From: Dehalococcoidia bacterium
GTDB lineage: Bacteria > Chloroflexota > Dehalococcoidia > DSTF01 > JACRBR01
Assembly (NCBI GenBank): GCA_041494685.1
Contig: JBGQBE010000005.1
Location: 62,001-111,511 of the forward strand
Length of the DNA: 49,511 bases
Reading direction: 5' to 3'
Shown in pieces: positions 47,526 to 49,511 of the stretch (within the stretch, counting starts at the first letter, position 1; each line of letters begins with the position of its first letter). The notes under the pieces are model-generated. The model had not been told where the DNA came from, did no database searches, and was given only the letters and a program-made list of their open reading frames with translations. A program made the translations under genes and the position numbers.

Positions 47526-48758
47526 ATGGCACTGGTCGTACAGAAGTACGGCGGCAGTTCCGTCGCGAACGCCGCGAAGATCAAGAACGTCGCCGCGCGC
47601 ATCAAGAAGCGCGCGGATGCCGGCGACCAGGTGGTGGCCGTGGTGAGCGCCATGGGCGACACGACGGACGACCTGATCGCGCTGGCGCAGCAGATCACGG
47701 ACCGCCCGGAAGCGCGCGAGATGGACGTGCTGCTCAGCACGGGCGAGACGCAGTCCAGCGCGCTGATGGTGATGGCGCTGCACGCGCTGGGCGCCGACGC
47801 GATCAGCCTCTCCGGCGCGCAGGCCGGCATGCGCACGGACTCCGTCCACCGCAACGCGCGCATCCTGGCGATCGAGCCGCAGCGCGTGCGCGAGGAGGTG
47901 GAGCGTGGGCGCGTGGTGATCGTCGCCGGGTTCCAGGGGCTGACGGCGGAGGCGGACATCGCGACGATCGGCCGCGGCGGCTCCGACACGACGGCGGTGG
48001 CGTTCGCGGCGGCGCTGGGCGCGGGCTGCGAGATCTACACCGATGTGGACGGCGTCTACACGGCCGACCCGCGGGTGGTGCCGGAGGCGCGCAAGCTGCG
48101 CGACATTTCGTACGAGGAGATGCTGGAGCTGGCGAGCAAGGGCGCGAAGGTGATGGCGCCGCGCGCGGTGGAACTGGGCTCCGTCTACAACATCCCGATC
48201 TTGGTAGCATCCAGCTTCACGGACGAGCCGGGCACGCTGATCCATGGAGGCGTCGATATGGAAGGGTTCAACCGGGTACGCGGCATCGCGCACGACCTGG
48301 ACGTGGCGAAGATCACCGTGCGGCACGTGCCGGACCGCCCGGGCGTGGCAGCGGAGCTGTTCGCGCCGCTGGCGGAGGCGCACCTGAGCGTCGACACGAT
48401 CGTCCAGAACGCCAGCGAGGAGCAGCTGACGGACATCACGTTCACGCTCGCGAAGGCGGACCTGGCGCGGGCGCTGCCGCAGGTGCGCGCGATAGCGGCG
48501 CGGATCGGCGCGCGCGACGTGGTGGCGGACGAGCGTATGGGCAAGGTGAGCATCGTCGGCACGGGCATCCAGAGCGCGCCCGGCTATGCCGCGCGGATGT
48601 TCCGCACGCTGTCGGACGCGGGGATCAACATCGAGATCATCAGCACGAGCGAGATCCGGATCACGTGCATCGTGCCGGAGGACAGCGTGCCGGCGGCGGT
48701 GCGGGCGCTGCACGCGGCGTTCGAGCTGGAGAAGGCGGAGACGCGCGACCTGGGGTAG
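47526..48758 (+). CDS. lysC: Aspartate kinase (alpha subunit; beta from internal start 48258)
   Basis: VQKYGGSS, VVSAMG, GRGGSDTTA and YTDVDG..DPR motifs, two ACT domains, STSEI. Confidence 0.96.
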   Translation: MALVVQKYGGSSVANAAKIKNVAARIKKRADAGDQVVAVVSAMGDTTDDLIALAQQITDRPEAREMDVLLSTGETQSSALMVMALHALGADAISLSGAQAGMRTDSVHRNARILAIEPQRVREEVERGRVVIVAGFQGLTAEADIATIGRGGSDTTAVAFAAALGAGCEIYTDVDGVYTADPRVVPEARKLRDISYEEMLELASKGAKVMAPRAVELGSVYNIPILVASSFTDEPGTLIHGGVDMEGFNRVRGIAHDLDVAKITVRHVPDRPGVAAELFAPLAEAHLSVDTIVQNASEEQLTDITFTLAKADLARALPQVRAIAARIGARDVVADERMGKVSIVGTGIQSAPGYAARMFRTLSDAGINIEIISTSEIRITCIVPEDSVPAAVRALHAAFELEKAETRDLG

Positions 48759-48830
48759 TCCGGCGGACGGCCAAGAACGGGCAGCAGACAGCAGAAGCGA
48801 ATGGCCGCGCTGCGGCTTCCGGGCAACGGC

Positions 48831-48852
48831 AAACCCCGCGTGAGCGGGGTTT
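48831..48852. terminator. Hairpin downstream of lysC, potentially bidirectional
   Basis: AAACCCCGC-GTGA-GCGGGGTTT. Confidence 0.75.
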
Positions 48853-48859
48853 CTGCTTC

Positions 48860-49070
48860 GTGTTCGGTTGTGTTCTGGCGCCCTTCGTCTTGACTCGCTA
48901 CCGGTTCATTACGAACCGAGGGGGCGTCGCCGCATCCAGTTCCCTGGATGGGATCTCCGCCCGCAATCCGCGCCTTCGAGCGTTACCTTTTCAGCGAGTT
49001 ACGGGTCGGGGCGCCGGGCCTGCCTGCGGCTCCACACCGCGTATCCTTCAGGCTGCTCGTACCTCCTTCC
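48860..49070. ncRNA. Candidate structured ncRNA (6S/Ms1-like rod); strand unresolved
   Basis: Nested complementary blocks GGCGCCC/GGGCGCC and ACTCGCT/AGCGAGT, two internal hairpins, a minus-strand extended -10 (TGGTAAAAT), and no credible CDS. Confidence 0.45.
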
Positions 49071-49181
49071 ACTGCTATTTTACCATCGCTGTCAAGCGGC
49101 AGCGGCGCGTCGCCATGCGGTGACGGAGGCTGCGGGGACGCAAAGACGCACGCCGCGGGGCGTGCGTCCTGGTGTGCGAAG

Positions 49182-49256
49182 TGGAGCCGGCGATGGGATT
49201 CGAACCCGTGACCTGCTGTTTACGAAACAGCTGCTCTACCGCTGAGCTACGCCGGC
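49182..49256 (-). tRNA. tRNA-Thr (CGT)
   Basis: GCCGGCGTAGCTCAGCGGTAGAGCA-GCTGT-TTCGTAA-ACAGC-AGGTCACGGGTTCGAATCCCATCGCCGGCTCCA: cloverleaf with encoded CCA. TATAAT upstream (49328-49333) and a hairpin downstream (49145-49168). Confidence 0.98.
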
Positions 49257-49511
49257 ATCGATTTGAATCTGGCTACACCAGATAACTGCGGTATCACGCA
49301 TAGCACAGCGCTCTGTGTGATTGGCGCATTATAGCGAACGCACACGGGACTGCCATCGGCGCGCTCTTAGCCTGCCGGCTGGCTCTCGTTCGCCATCTCG
49401 GCGGTGGCGTACCATGGCAAGATGAACGAGAGCGGAAGGCATCCGGTGGCCACGCGACCCAGCCGAATCGTGCCAAAGGCGCGCGCGGGGCGCATCGGCG
49501 TTGCGGTTGTC

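Noticed and set aside
43962..48713. 1583-aa minus-strand ORF
   Set aside because: It is mostly antisense to the CoA ligase, SDR and lysC genes and out of frame over the AKR gene. It is Arg/Ala-rich with no motifs: a high-GC shadow ORF.
49100..49256. tRNA-Thr as an integration site
   Set aside because: No integrase and no duplicated tRNA 3' end seen in the window.
1..49511. CRISPR array or cas genes
   Set aside because: No regularly spaced 25-45 bp repeats were seen. The Cas4-like Fe-S nuclease motif belongs to AddB.

Overview
GC-rich chromosomal window, inferred from gene content and order to be from a Chloroflexota (Dehalococcoidia-like) bacterium. It begins with the rpmH-rnpA-yidD-(PQQ beta-propeller lipoprotein)-yidC-jag operon, which carries two perfect parS palindromes 60 bp apart and suggests proximity to the origin. 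dnaA is not in its usual place next to rpmH. That position holds a low-GC patch with a decayed transposase and two toxin-antitoxin-like pairs. The rest is mostly housekeeping or metabolic: arsR-arsM, moaD, purA, an AOR-family oxidoreductase, VOC-WYL, TetR-P450, FNR, CapA, an m4C restriction-modification pair, addAB, pyrE, ruvB, nadD, obgE, LysM/M23, acyl-CoA ligase, AKR, SDR, aspartokinase and tRNA-Thr(CGT). The best candidate for a new system is a two-gene module found twice (4135-4687 and 10834-11434). Each copy pairs a small helical protein that I could not assign to a family (shared motif RRxxxxxAxxDPxxxxALxE) with an overlapping, atypical RelE/ParE-like protein. A third RelE-like protein is paired with a Panacea antitoxin. 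Other leads: a structured candidate ncRNA between lysC and the tRNA, readable operators for ArsR, WYL and TetR, many apparently leaderless genes, a probable ATC start codon, and dispersed heptamer-repeat hairpins. All family calls are by eye; no searches were run.
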